Shown piece by piece: positions 31,773-41,708 of a stretch of 64,000 bases of DNA. The stretch is from positions 8,378-72,377 of the forward strand of contig DAIPKW010000003.1 in NCBI GenBank assembly GCA_036769565.1, read 5' to 3'. How positions within the stretch are numbered: the stretch's first letter is position 1; every line of letters begins with the position of its first letter. Source of the DNA: Thermodesulfobacteriota bacterium. GTDB lineage: Bacteria > Desulfobacterota > BSN033 > UBA1163. The notes below the pieces were generated by a model that saw only the letters and a list, made by a program, of their open reading frames with translations, had not been told where the DNA came from and searched no databases. Made by a program: the position numbers and the translations under genes.

Positions 31773-34700
31773 ATGGATCTCATCCGAGGCTCTCTCAAAA
31801 ATCCGGTAGCCAGGTTCATGGTGGCTATCGCCATCATCCTTTTGGGTGTCATTGCCTTTTCCAACCTTGCTATTGATCTTTTCCCTGAGATTTCTTACCC
31901 CATTGTCTCGGTGGTGACCGACTATCCTGGAGCAAGTCCAGAAGATGTCGAGATCAGCATCACGAGGCTTGTTGAAAAGAGGGTCAGCCGCCTCCAAAAT
32001 GTCCGGCATGTTTCTTCTCGATCCAGAGAAGGATCTTCAGTGGTCACAATTGAATTCTACTGGGGGACAGACCTCGATATTGCCTCCACCGATATTCAAC
32101 GAAACCTCAATGAGATCTTAGACCTCTTTCCGGAGGAGGCAAAACAGCCCATCATCATTAAATTTGATCCTTCACAAATTGCCGTCATTGTCCTTTCCAT
32201 TACTGGCCCTATGGAATATTACGAGTTGCGGGAGCTGAGTGAAGATTTTATTGCTCCAAGGCTGGAGAGTCTGAAAGGCGTTGCCTCAGCCAATGTCTTC
32301 GGCGGTCTGGTGAGGGAGATCTCGGTGGATGTGGAACGGTCAAAATTGGAGAGGCTCAACCTTCCTTTGGATCGCGTGGCTCAGGCAGTCAAGGCAGGCT
32401 ATATGGATCGGCCTGGAGGAAGCCTCAATACAGGGAAGAGGGAGTATAGCATCCGCACCACAGGACGTTCTCCGGAAATTAAGGACCTCGAAGAAGTCAT
32501 TGTTTCACACCAGAATGGAGTTCCGATCCGCATCAGAGACATCGGACGAGTAAGGGAAGGGTATGAGGATGTTCAGGCCGAGGTCTTTGTGAATGGTATG
32601 AAAGGAGTTGTCATAGGAGTCCAGAAACAGATCGGCGGGAATACGGTTGCTGTTGTGGATCAGGTCCTGAAGGCCCTTCCACAAATTCAGAAAGAACTTC
32701 CCAAAGGGGTCTCCATCGAAGTGGTGGCTGATCAGTCCACGTTCATCCGCAAATCGATTCGAAACCTTCAGAAGGAGGCGATGATGGGAGCCCTTTTGGC
32801 CGTTATCATCATCCTCCTCTTCTTGAGAAACGTGACCAGCACAGTGATCATTGCCCACTCCATCCCACTCTCCATCATTGCCACCTTTGTCCTTCTCCAT
32901 TTTGGGAAATTCACCCTCAACATCATGACCTTGGGAGGTTTGGCCTTAGGTGTTGGACGCTTAGTCGATGATGCCATTGTGGTCCTTGAAAATATCAACC
33001 GGCATCTGGAACGGGGGGAATCGCCAGAAGAAGCTTCCTACAGAGGGGCCTCTGAGGTGAGCAAACCCGTGATTGCCGCGACTATCACCAGCATCATCGT
33101 CTTTCTTCCATTGGCTTTTGTGAAGGGGATTGCAGCACTCTTATTCGTACAGATGGCCTATACGGTTGCCTTCTCACTTCTTGCCTCGCTTTTCGATTCG
33201 CTGACACTCATTCCCCTTCTTACGGCTAAGTTTCTTCGTCCCAAAAAGAAGGCAGAGGGAGAACCCTCATGGGGTCAGAAGATTCTTCTTAAAACACAAC
33301 CTTTCTTCACATGGCTCGATCAACTCTATCAGAATACCCTCCAATTCTCTCTCTCCCATCGTAAACTGGTCGTCGCAGGAGTGGTTTGTATTTTTACTGG
33401 GTCGCTCTTTCTGATTCCATTGCTGGGAACAGAATTCTTCCCACCTTCGGATGAGGGCCAGGTGAGGATGGCGATGCGGCTCCCTGTAGGTTCGACCCTT
33501 GAAGAGACAAAGAAGGTGGCTCAAGAGGTAGAAGAGATTATCTTTTCAGACGTTCCGGAACTGAAATCGCTCTGGTTAAGGGCAGGAACCGGTCGGGGAA
33601 GGGCAGTGATCTTTGGAGGTCGGTTTGCGGGTCCCCATACAGGAACAGCCTCACTCATGCTCGTTGATCAATCAGAAAGGGAACGTTCTTCAGATAGGAT
33701 TGCCCAGTCTCTGCGAGAGAAAGTGAGAAATATTCCAGGTGCCAGAATCTTTGTCTCTCCAGGCGGGATTATCTCCAGAGTCATCACCTTTGGCTCCGAT
33801 GACCCGATCAGCGTGGAGATCTTGGGATTCGATATTGAGAAGGGGAGCCAACTGGCAAGGGAGGTGGAGACGATCCTCCGGGGAGTTCGTGGCGTCACTG
33901 ACATACAGATCGGTCGCGAGGAAGGACTGCCCGAGTATCAGATTCGTTTCAGACAGGACCGCTTGTCTGCGTTGGGGCTCACCACTTCACGGGTTGCCGA
34001 AAATGTCAGGGGAGCGATCGAAGGCATCGAAGCCTCCATCTATATTGACCCCCAAACAGGTCGGGAGCGTCAGATCCGAGTCCGGCTGCGTGAAGAAGAT
34101 AGGACGCATCCAGAAGACCTGTATCGGCTTCCTGTTCCGGTCTCTGGGGGCAAGGTGGTTCCATTGGAGAATGTGGCTGAAGTGGTGAGGACGAGCGCCC
34201 CTGCCCAATTGGAGAGGAAGTATCAACAGAGGGTCGTCTTTGTCACAGCCAATACAAGCGGTAGAGATCTCGGATCGATTGCCTCTGAGATTGAGGAGAA
34301 GATTTCAAAGATGAAGATTCCAGAGGGCTTCTCCGTTCAACTCAAAGGAACGCGGGAAGAACAGAAAGAGGCTTTTCAGACGCTCATTTTTGCTTTAGCC
34401 TTAGCGATTGTTCTGGTCTATATGGTTCTGGCTTCTCAATTTGCCTCTCTGCTCCATCCGTTTTTGATCATGTTCTCCGTGCCGCTTGGGATCATCGGCG
34501 TCATCTGGGCCCTCTTCCTCACCGGGAATACATTAAGCGTCATCTCTTTCATCGGAGTCATCATGATGGTGGGCATCGTCGTGAGCAATGCCATCATTCT
34601 GATTGACTACATCAACCGTCTCCGGAAGGAGGAAGGGATGGGTTTAAAAGAGGCCATCGTGCAGGGAGGCAGGGTGAGACTCAGGCCAATCCTTATGACC

Positions 34701-34892
34701 TCTTTCACAACGGTCTTTGGTCTGACGCCAATGGCCCTTGGATTTGGAGAAGGCGCTGAAGCCAATGCCTCTCTGGCCATTGCTGTGATCGGAGGCCTCG
34801 CCGTTTCCATGTTCCTCACGTTGGTCTTTATTCCCACGCTCTATTTTATCGTGGAGAAAAGAAGGCTTAAGAAGACCGTTCGGAGTTATTAG
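31773..34892 (+). CDS. RND efflux transporter, AcrB/HAE1 family (12 TM, 1039 aa)
   Basis: AcrB-type length and topology with conserved TM4 and TM10 regions; directly downstream of the MFP gene. Confidence 0.85.
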   Translation: MDLIRGSLKNPVARFMVAIAIILLGVIAFSNLAIDLFPEISYPIVSVVTDYPGASPEDVEISITRLVEKRVSRLQNVRHVSSRSREGSSVVTIEFYWGTDLDIASTDIQRNLNEILDLFPEEAKQPIIIKFDPSQIAVIVLSITGPMEYYELRELSEDFIAPRLESLKGVASANVFGGLVREISVDVERSKLERLNLPLDRVAQAVKAGYMDRPGGSLNTGKREYSIRTTGRSPEIKDLEEVIVSHQNGVPIRIRDIGRVREGYEDVQAEVFVNGMKGVVIGVQKQIGGNTVAVVDQVLKALPQIQKELPKGVSIEVVADQSTFIRKSIRNLQKEAMMGALLAVIIILLFLRNVTSTVIIAHSIPLSIIATFVLLHFGKFTLNIMTLGGLALGVGRLVDDAIVVLENINRHLERGESPEEASYRGASEVSKPVIAATITSIIVFLPLAFVKGIAALLFVQMAYTVAFSLLASLFDSLTLIPLLTAKFLRPKKKAEGEPSWGQKILLKTQPFFTWLDQLYQNTLQFSLSHRKLVVAGVVCIFTGSLFLIPLLGTEFFPPSDEGQVRMAMRLPVGSTLEETKKVAQEVEEIIFSDVPELKSLWLRAGTGRGRAVIFGGRFAGPHTGTASLMLVDQSERERSSDRIAQSLREKVRNIPGARIFVSPGGIISRVITFGSDDPISVEILGFDIEKGSQLAREVETILRGVRGVTDIQIGREEGLPEYQIRFRQDRLSALGLTTSRVAENVRGAIEGIEASIYIDPQTGRERQIRVRLREEDRTHPEDLYRLPVPVSGGKVVPLENVAEVVRTSAPAQLERKYQQRVVFVTANTSGRDLGSIASEIEEKISKMKIPEGFSVQLKGTREEQKEAFQTLIFALALAIVLVYMVLASQFASLLHPFLIMFSVPLGIIGVIWALFLTGNTLSVISFIGVIMMVGIVVSNAIILIDYINRLRKEEGMGLKEAIVQGGRVRLRPILMTSFTTVFGLTPMALGFGEGAEANASLAIAVIGGLAVSMFLTLVFIPTLYFIVEKRRLKKTVRSY

Positions 34893-34934
34893 TTCGTAGT
34901 TCGGAGATAGAAACTCCCAACTCCAAACTTCTAT

Positions 34935-36056
34935 ATGATTCCACGCCGAAAGACCCGCCAGATATCAATCGGCTCTGTTAAGATCGGAGGGGATGCCCCC
35001 ATCTCGATCCAGTCCATGACCAAGACCGATACCCGAGATGTTAGGAAGACAGTCAACCAGATCCGCCGCCTTGAGGAAGCAGGATGCCAAATCATCCGGG
35101 TGGCCGTTCTGGATGAGGAAGCAGCCCAGGCCATTGCCCAGATTAAGAAGAAGGTCAATATTCCCCTGATTGCGGATATCCATTTCAACTACAAGTTGGC
35201 TCTGAAGGCAATGGGATATGGGGCGGATGGGCTTCGGATCAATCCAGGGAACATCGGTGGGAGAGAAGGGTTAAAGATGATCGTCAATGAGGCAAAACAT
35301 CGTTCTATTCCAATTCGTATCGGAGTGAATGCCGGTTCTCTTGAGAAAAACTTACTGAAACGTTTCAACGGACCAACCCCGGAAGCGATGGTATGGAGTG
35401 CACTTCAGACGATTCAATATCTGGAGGACCTCCATTTTCATCTCATCAAGGTCTCTTTAAAGGCATCCGATGTCTTGAGGACAGTGGAAGCCTATCGTCT
35501 CTTTTCAAAGAGATCGGATTATCCCCTCCATGTCGGGATCACAGAGGCAGGAAAGGGTTCAGGGGCAGTGGTCAAATCAGCCATTGGCATTGGGCTTCTT
35601 CTGAGCGAAGGGATCGGTGATACGATTCGAGTCTCATTGACCGGAGATCCAGTCGAGGAAGTCCATGTGGGTTACGAAATATTGAGGGCTTTGAAGATTC
35701 GGGAGAGGGGAATTGAGATCATCTCCTGTCCGACCTGTGGCCGGTGTGAAGTCGATCTGCTCCGACTGATAGAGAGGGTCGAGAGAGGGGTTAAAGAGAT
35801 CACTGTTCCAATGACCGTTGCGATCATGGGGTGCGTGGTCAATGGTCCGGGTGAGGCCAGAGAGGCCGACATTGGAATTGCCGGAGGGAAAGGGGTTGGG
35901 CTCCTTTTCAAAAAGGGAAAGGTCATCAGAACGGTGAAGGATGCCGAATCTGTATCGGTCCTTTTGAGAGAGATACGTGAAATGGCAGAAGAACGACGAG
36001 CGGCGATGAGGGACGATGGACGACAGACGATAAAAGACATGCAGTTGATCGTCTAA
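34935..36056 (+). CDS. ispG: 4-hydroxy-3-methylbut-2-enyl diphosphate synthase (GcpE)
   Basis: RRKTRQISIGSVKIGGDAPISIQSMT N-terminus and C-terminal 4Fe-4S cysteines (CPTCGRC...GCVVNGPGE). Confidence 0.9.
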   Translation: MIPRRKTRQISIGSVKIGGDAPISIQSMTKTDTRDVRKTVNQIRRLEEAGCQIIRVAVLDEEAAQAIAQIKKKVNIPLIADIHFNYKLALKAMGYGADGLRINPGNIGGREGLKMIVNEAKHRSIPIRIGVNAGSLEKNLLKRFNGPTPEAMVWSALQTIQYLEDLHFHLIKVSLKASDVLRTVEAYRLFSKRSDYPLHVGITEAGKGSGAVVKSAIGIGLLLSEGIGDTIRVSLTGDPVEEVHVGYEILRALKIRERGIEIISCPTCGRCEVDLLRLIERVERGVKEITVPMTVAIMGCVVNGPGEAREADIGIAGGKGVGLLFKKGKVIRTVKDAESVSVLLREIREMAEERRAAMRDDGRQTIKDMQLIV

Positions 36057-36059
36057 CGT

Positions 36060-36650
36060 TTATTGTTCATGGTTGACCTTGAGTTTCTTCCATACATGAT
36101 AGATTCGGTGCAGGACTGTGAAGTGGGTGAGAATGGCGAGGATCCAAAGGATGGGTTCCATCCAGTTGAAAAGGGCACCCATCGAGAGGAGAATGATCCT
36201 TTCCGCCCTCTCCATCAGGCCGATATGGCAGGAGACCTGAAGGGCCTCTGCTTTGGCCCGGACATAGGGGATGAGAGCGGTTCCGATGGCGACCACTGAA
36301 GTGAGAATGACCAGAGAGGACTCTCCTTTTGCGTGATAAGAGATGGCTATGGCCATCAGTAGGAGCAGATCCGAATATCTGTCCATCACCGAATCAAAAA
36401 AACTTCCGAAAGTTGTCACCTTTCCCAAACTCCTGGCAACCACACCATCCAGAAGATCGAAAATGCCCGAAAGGATAATGGCGAAGCCCGCTAAAAGCCA
36501 GCCTCCTTTAAGAATCAGCCATGAAGCAGCAAGGGTTGCGAAGAATCCGAGTAGGGTGAGGAGGTTGGGATTGCCCCATTCTCCAAAGATTTTTTTTAAT
36601 GGAGGGTAGAGGTAAGAATCGAGCCGATGTCCGAGTTTGTCGCTGAGCAT
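36060..36650 (-). CDS. pgsA: CDP-alcohol phosphatidyltransferase (PgsA-like)
   Basis: Motif DLLDGVVARSLGKVTTFGSFFDSVMDRYSD, i.e. D-x2-DG-x2-AR...G-x3-D-x3-D. Confidence 0.7.
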   Translation of the reverse strand: MLSDKLGHRLDSYLYPPLKKIFGEWGNPNLLTLLGFFATLAASWLILKGGWLLAGFAIILSGIFDLLDGVVARSLGKVTTFGSFFDSVMDRYSDLLLLMAIAISYHAKGESSLVILTSVVAIGTALIPYVRAKAEALQVSCHIGLMERAERIILLSMGALFNWMEPILWILAILTHFTVLHRIYHVWKKLKVNHEQ

Positions 36651-36688
36651 ATCGTGACATTGAGATTAACATTTTTTATTGAAAAGTC

Positions 36689-36717
36689 AATCGAACCATA
36701 TTATACTATTCGCCCAA
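36689..36717 (+). promoter_or_regulatory. candidate sigma-70 promoter TTGAAA-N17-TATACT for purC
   Basis: ttgaaaagtcaatcgaaccatattatact, about 40 nt upstream of the purC ATG. Confidence 0.35.
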
Positions 36718-36756
36718 AGAATCAAAAAAAGAGAGATGAAGGAGGAAGGAAAGAGC

Positions 36757-37650
36757 ATGTCAACACAGGTCATTTCCCAAACGGAATTGAAGACGCTCAC
36801 CCTGAAGGGCAGGGGAAAGGTAAGAGATATCTATGATCTCGGAGAGAGACTTCTCATCGTAGCCACAGATCGGATCTCGGCCTTCGATGTGGTCATGCCC
36901 AATCCTATTCCGGATAAGGGGAGGGTATTGACCCAGCTCTCCATATTCTGGTTCGACCTCACGAAAGAGATCGTTCCCAATCATCTTGTATCCACCCAAG
37001 TCAAGGATTTTCCAAAGGAATGCCATCCTTACGAAGAGATGCTGAAAGACCGTTCGATGTTGGTCGTCAAGACAGAAGTCCTCCCAGTGGAGTGTATCGT
37101 AAGGGGATACCTTTCCGGGTCCGGTTGGGAGGACTATAAGAAGACAGGAGCTGTTTGTGGTATTGCGCTTCCCAAGGGATTGGTCGAATCCTCAAAATTG
37201 GAAGACCCAATTTTCACTCCTTCCACCAAAGCGGAACAGGGTCTGCACGACGAAAACATCACCTTCGAAAAGATGGAACAGATCGTTGGAAAAGACCTGG
37301 CCCAACAGATGAGAACCACCTCGATCGAAGTCTATAAAAGGGCGAGGGATTATGCAGAACAGAGGGGAATTTTGATCGCGGACACAAAGATGGAATTCGG
37401 GATCAAAGAGGGAAAGTTGATTCTGATTGATGAACTTCTAACACCGGATTCCTCACGGTTCTGGCCAAAAGATGGATATCGTCCAGGAGGTTCTCAAAAA
37501 AGCTTTGATAAGCAGTTTTTGAGGGATTACCTCATCTCCATTCAGTGGAATAAGACGCCTCCGGCTCCCCAGTTGCCCCAGGAGATCATTGATAAGACGA
37601 GAGAGAAATACCTGGAAGCCTACGAAAGATTGATCGGTAAACCCCTTTAA
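36757..37650 (+). CDS. purC: phosphoribosylaminoimidazole-succinocarboxamide (SAICAR) synthase
   Basis: [21 protein letters not shown] and the [14 protein letters not shown] region. Start moved to ATG 36757 (MSTQVI...), preceded by GAAGGAGG. Confidence 0.85.
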   Translation: MSTQVISQTELKTLTLKGRGKVRDIYDLGERLLIVATDRISAFDVVMPNPIPDKGRVLTQLSIFWFDLTKEIVPNHLVSTQVKDFPKECHPYEEMLKDRSMLVVKTEVLPVECIVRGYLSGSGWEDYKKTGAVCGIALPKGLVESSKLEDPIFTPSTKAEQGLHDENITFEKMEQIVGKDLAQQMRTTSIEVYKRARDYAEQRGILIADTKMEFGIKEGKLILIDELLTPDSSRFWPKDGYRPGGSQKSFDKQFLRDYLISIQWNKTPPAPQLPQEIIDKTREKYLEAYERLIGKPL

Positions 37651-37753
37651 TGGATCTTCCGTTGAGTGTCCATTTCATTTGTGACCCCACTCTTTGAAGC
37701 GATTGGTTGACAGAGAGGAGAAGGGAGAGGTATGATTTTAATGGAGCGTTGGT

Positions 37754-38641
37754 ATGGATGAGATCGTTTATCACGAGACTCCAAACCTGAATCGCCCTTT
37801 CCTGATTGCGGGCTTTGAGGGATGGCCGAATGCGGCAGAGGTCTCCTCTTTTTCACTCCAACATCTGTTGGAAAATCTGAAAGCCAAGAGGTTTGCTTCC
37901 ATCCCGACAGAGAATTTCTGTCAGATGTCTTTGAACCGTCCCACAGCGTTTATCAAAGATGGAAGGCTGATCGAATTAAACCTTCCCGGAAACTATTTTT
38001 ATTATTCAAGAGAACCGGGCGGAAAAGACCTGATCCTTTTTTTAGGCGTGGAACCCCATTATCGCTGGAATCTCTTCGTCAAACTCTTCCTCAATCTTGC
38101 CCAGGAGTTCGATGTCCCCCAGATCTTTACGGTCGGTGGAACCTATGACTATATTCCCCATACCTACCCTACGGTGGTCAGTGCTCTGTTCAATCGAGAA
38201 GATTTAAGAGAGGAAGTTCTTGAGGCCGGACTGAACCTGACCGAATATGCGGGACCCATCAGCATTCATACTTTCCTCCTCGAAGCGGCAAGAAAGAGAG
38301 GATTGAAGGCCGTCAGCCTCTGGGGCCATGCCCCGCAGTATCTGCAGGCGCGCAACATCAAAGTGGCCTATGGCGTTTTGAAGAAATTGAACGCTCTGAT
38401 GAAGACGGGGATAGACCTCTCCACACTGAAAAGCGCCAGTGACTCTTTTGACCAGCAGGTGAACAATCTCATTCAACAGGATCCCAAACTTCAGGAAGTG
38501 ATCGAAAAGCTGGAAGAGACTTATCGGAAGTCAGAAGACCTTTTTCCTTTTGGAAAGAGAGAAGAACCCAAAGAGGATAATGTCATCTACATTCAAGCCT
38601 TTCTGAAGAGACAGGAGGATGAGGAGAAGAGAGAGAATTAG
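37754..38641 (+). CDS. PAC2 (proteasome assembly chaperone 2 / PbaB-like) family protein
   Basis: N-terminus NRPFLIAGFEGWPNAAEVSSFSLQHLLENLKAKRF follows the PAC2 xLIeGLPGiGlVG...HLIqeLkAKkF pattern, as far as I recall that family. Confidence 0.45.
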   Translation: MDEIVYHETPNLNRPFLIAGFEGWPNAAEVSSFSLQHLLENLKAKRFASIPTENFCQMSLNRPTAFIKDGRLIELNLPGNYFYYSREPGGKDLILFLGVEPHYRWNLFVKLFLNLAQEFDVPQIFTVGGTYDYIPHTYPTVVSALFNREDLREEVLEAGLNLTEYAGPISIHTFLLEAARKRGLKAVSLWGHAPQYLQARNIKVAYGVLKKLNALMKTGIDLSTLKSASDSFDQQVNNLIQQDPKLQEVIEKLEETYRKSEDLFPFGKREEPKEDNVIYIQAFLKRQEDEEKREN

Positions 38642-38656
38642 CCTGAGAGAGAGGGG

Positions 38657-39937
38657 TCAAAGGGGTTGGTCGAGGAGGCGGATGAGTTCTTTGAGATGTT
38701 TTAAGATCCGTTTGGGTCTCCTTTGTGAAAGTTCCTCGCGGGAATGAAACCCCGTTGTGAGGGCATAGACATCGACCCCTGCCTCTTTTCCCGTCTCGAT
38801 ATCGGTCAGCGTATCTCCGACAAAAATGACTTCCTCCGGTCGAAGCTCCATCTCCTTTAAGACCGCATGGATCATATCCGGATAAGGTTTGTTTCGAGAC
38901 ACATCTCCCGCACCGATCACCGATTTAAAGTAGGAAGAGACTCCGAGATGGTTGAGGGCCAATCTCGAAAAGCGGCCATACTTATTGGAAGCTACCCCAA
39001 GCCTCACTCCCCTCTGGTGAAGGGTGTCGAGAACCTCCTTTGCTCCATCGAGAAAATGGGTATGATGGAGATAGACCTCCTCGTATTTCTTTCGCATGAT
39101 GGGAATCTTTTCCTGGGTTTCTTCCGGTGAGAAGAACTGCTGGAGCGTTGATTCGAGATCGGCCTTCAGATAGTGACGCAGCTCATTGTAGGGGAATATC
39201 TCTCTTTTCGATTGTTGAAAGACCTCCTTCAGCCCCAAGTAGATCGCCTCGTAAGCTTCGATGAGCGTTCCGTCGAGATCGAAGATGACCCCGTGAATCC
39301 GCTTCTGGAGGTCAGCCAGGATATCGCTGAAATTTTGGAAAGGGTGGCAAGGGATCTCCTGCTCGATACAGTAGGAATAAAGGGAGTCTTTGGCAAAGAC
39401 AAGGTCTGATTCTCGGGCAGCACACCGGTCGGAAAGGCCATTGCCCACAAAGTAGATCCTCTCGTATTGCTGACGATGGAGCTGAACGATCCGTCGTTTA
39501 CAGGTTCCGCAAAGACCACAGGCCTCGTTCATATGGGGAAAGGAGATTTCGGGTTGGCCGTCAACCGAAATGCGGGTTAAATTGGCATAGAAGGGGATTT
39601 CGGTCAGGTGATGGATTTGGAGGATGATCCAGATGTAGAAATCGAGACCGTCGCTCACGATCTTTACGTCAATATCATTTTCGCGGCAGTATTGATAGAA
39701 GGATTTGAAATGTGCATCGAGATGAGCCTGTTCACGGATAAAACGGAGGATGTCCCCTTTCTCGCCCCTAAATATCTTAGCAATACGGGAATAGGCCTCC
39801 TTGGAACCGATCTTGCCTTCACAGAAGTCCTGATCGATGAGACGCCACTCCTCACCGGCAAAATGGTTGACCAGGGCATAGCCCATGTCCCGGATGCTGA
39901 TCGTTCCGTCAAAGTCACATAAAATGAGTTTTTTCAT
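38657..39937 (-). CDS. fusion of an MtnX-like HAD phosphatase (2-hydroxy-3-keto-5-methylthiopentenyl-1-phosphate phosphatase family) with a second HAD-IA phosphatase domain
   Basis: N-terminal half: LILCDFDGTIS...SDGLDFYIWIIL...CGLCGTCKRRIV...GNGLSDRCAARESDLVFAKD, MtnX-like. C-terminal half: VIFDLDGTLIE...ASNK...FVGDTLTDIETGKEAG, the HAD-IA DxD / K / DD motifs. Confidence 0.6.
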   Translation of the reverse strand: MKKLILCDFDGTISIRDMGYALVNHFAGEEWRLIDQDFCEGKIGSKEAYSRIAKIFRGEKGDILRFIREQAHLDAHFKSFYQYCRENDIDVKIVSDGLDFYIWIILQIHHLTEIPFYANLTRISVDGQPEISFPHMNEACGLCGTCKRRIVQLHRQQYERIYFVGNGLSDRCAARESDLVFAKDSLYSYCIEQEIPCHPFQNFSDILADLQKRIHGVIFDLDGTLIEAYEAIYLGLKEVFQQSKREIFPYNELRHYLKADLESTLQQFFSPEETQEKIPIMRKKYEEVYLHHTHFLDGAKEVLDTLHQRGVRLGVASNKYGRFSRLALNHLGVSSYFKSVIGAGDVSRNKPYPDMIHAVLKEMELRPEEVIFVGDTLTDIETGKEAGVDVYALTTGFHSREELSQRRPKRILKHLKELIRLLDQPL

Positions 39938-39980
39938 AAAATTTACTTCTATCCCACATTCCGAAATCCGAAATTTCAAT

Positions 39981-40498
39981 TCAATCGTCCCATCCGATCA
40001 ACCTCTTCTTGCCCACCGGAAGTTTAAACTTTTCTTTCAATCGCCGGGTAACAAGGTCCGGTACCAGCCCCTCCACAGTCCCTCCCAGCTTGGCCACCTC
40101 CTTGATCGTGCGGGAAGAGACAAAGAAATAGTCCTTGCTCGTCATCATGAAGAGCGTATCGAGATGAGGGCTGAGACTCCGATTCATGGAGGCCATGTGA
40201 AATTCATATTCGAAATCGGAAGTCGCCCGAAGTCCTCTCAGCAACACTTTGGCATTGGTCTTTTCAACGTATGTGACAAGAAGGCCCTTGAAAGAATCAA
40301 CAATGACACGGGGAGTATCCTTAAAGATCGTTTTTGCCATCTCCAATCGCTCTTCCACCGTGAAGAGGGATTTCTTCTCGGCATCATGAGCAATGGCAAG
40401 GATCACGTTATCAAAAATCTCGAGGGCCCTTTCCACAATATCGATGTGACCATAGGTGAGAGGATCAAAAGAGCCTGGATAGATGGCTACCTTTCCCA
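39981..40498 (-). CDS. coaD: phosphopantetheine adenylyltransferase
   Basis: VAIYPGSFDPLTYGHIDIVERA (H/T-x-GH motif). Start trimmed to ATG 40498 to give the typical 172 aa. Confidence 0.85.
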
Positions 40499-40536
40499 TA
40501 TCGTTTTTCTCTCCTTTCTTCATATCTTCCATCTCA

Positions 40537-41091
40537 TTACCCCCCTGCCTGTAAGATGGAAATAATCGTATCCCCCATCCTCTTCTGTTTGATGATCGTC
40601 CATCTCCCTGTTTTCTGGGGAAGGGGTTCACGACGGCCATGTTCGATCACTAAAACCGTTCCTTCGTGATAAATGGGATGTTCATCCATTTTTAGAAGCG
40701 TTCGTTGAATCCATCCTTTTTCGTAAGGAGGATCCATCAGAATGAGGTCAACGGACTCCCCTCTTGCCTTTAGAAGGGTGATGGCCCGGTTGACCTCTTT
40801 AGGGATGATCTCTGCTTGACATGGAAAACCGCATTGCAAGAGGTTTTTCTCAATCAGTCTCAAGGCTCCTTTGGCCCTCTCGACGAAGAAGGTCTTTTTT
40901 GCGCCACGGCTCAAGGCTTCAATCCCAAGACTGCCGGTTCCCGCAAAGAGGTCAAGAACGACCTTTCCTTGTACTTCGTCTCCAAGGATGTTGAAAATGG
41001 ACTCCTTAACCCGATCCGAAGTTGGGCGAAGGGAGTGTCCCTTGGGCGTAGCTAACCTCCTGCCTCTTGATGTTCCGCTGATGATCCGCAT
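40537..41091 (-). CDS. rsmD: 16S rRNA (guanine966-N2)-methyltransferase RsmD
   Basis: MRIISGTSRGRRLATP...VLDLFAGTGSLGIEALSRGA...DPPY; the conserved rsmD-coaD gene pair. Confidence 0.8.
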   Translation of the reverse strand: MRIISGTSRGRRLATPKGHSLRPTSDRVKESIFNILGDEVQGKVVLDLFAGTGSLGIEALSRGAKKTFFVERAKGALRLIEKNLLQCGFPCQAEIIPKEVNRAITLLKARGESVDLILMDPPYEKGWIQRTLLKMDEHPIYHEGTVLVIEHGRREPLPQKTGRWTIIKQKRMGDTIISILQAGG

Positions 41092-41097
41092 CTTTCT

Positions 41098-41215
41098 AAA
41101 AATTCGAAATTCGAATATCGAGTTTCGAAACAGATTTGAACCGTTAAGTCCCAAACGTTTTAAAGTGATTTCTTTTGAAACTTTGAAATTTTGTCATTTG
41201 AGATGGTTTCAAATT
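41098..41215. repeat. intergenic hairpin with CGAAATT/TTTCGAA-unit arms
   Basis: aaaattcgaaattcgaatatcgagtttcgaaac ... gtttcaaattgg imperfect inverted repeats downstream of the Mut7-C gene. Confidence 0.35.
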
Positions 41216-41242
41216 GGTCCTGCTGGACGCTTCGCCCGAATA

Positions 41243-41704
41243 TCATATTTCGGATCTGAGCTCTTTGACACGTTTCTGCATGTTCTCCAAGTGGGATCCT
41301 GGCCAATAGATTCGATCACATCGGTGACATCGATAAAAAAACTTATGCTGATGAAAGATGAAGTCCGGCACCTTGCCCTCTGCTTGATTGCGGGGAATCT
41401 CTTCGAGAGGGACATTGCAGAGAAGGCAGCGAGTGAAGAAACTTTCTTCAGAGAGGGAGAGGTAACCCTTTTTGATCAACTCCTTCACTTGTTGAGAAGG
41501 ACGATCCTCTGTAAGGGTAAGGATACGGTCTTGCGGCCTCCTCAGAGCGAGTTTCGTATTCCGGGTCAGGATGATACGGCCTTCCTGGCGGGCCAGATGA
41601 ATCAGCTGATGAAAGTCTTCGCTCTGAAAATAGAGGGTGTCGTAACCCAACATCCTCAATGCTTTTGCCAATTTTCCCAAGGTGCGATCCGTTATAAATT
41701 TCAT
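41243..41704 (-). CDS. Mut7-C RNase domain protein (PIN-like domain plus zinc ribbon)
   Basis: LGKLAKALRMLGYDT...RIILTRNTKL...CLLCNVPL...FYRCHRCDRIYWPGSH. Confidence 0.55.
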   Translation of the reverse strand: MKFITDRTLGKLAKALRMLGYDTLYFQSEDFHQLIHLARQEGRIILTRNTKLALRRPQDRILTLTEDRPSQQVKELIKKGYLSLSEESFFTRCLLCNVPLEEIPRNQAEGKVPDFIFHQHKFFYRCHRCDRIYWPGSHLENMQKRVKELRSEI

Positions 41705-41708
41705 TTCC

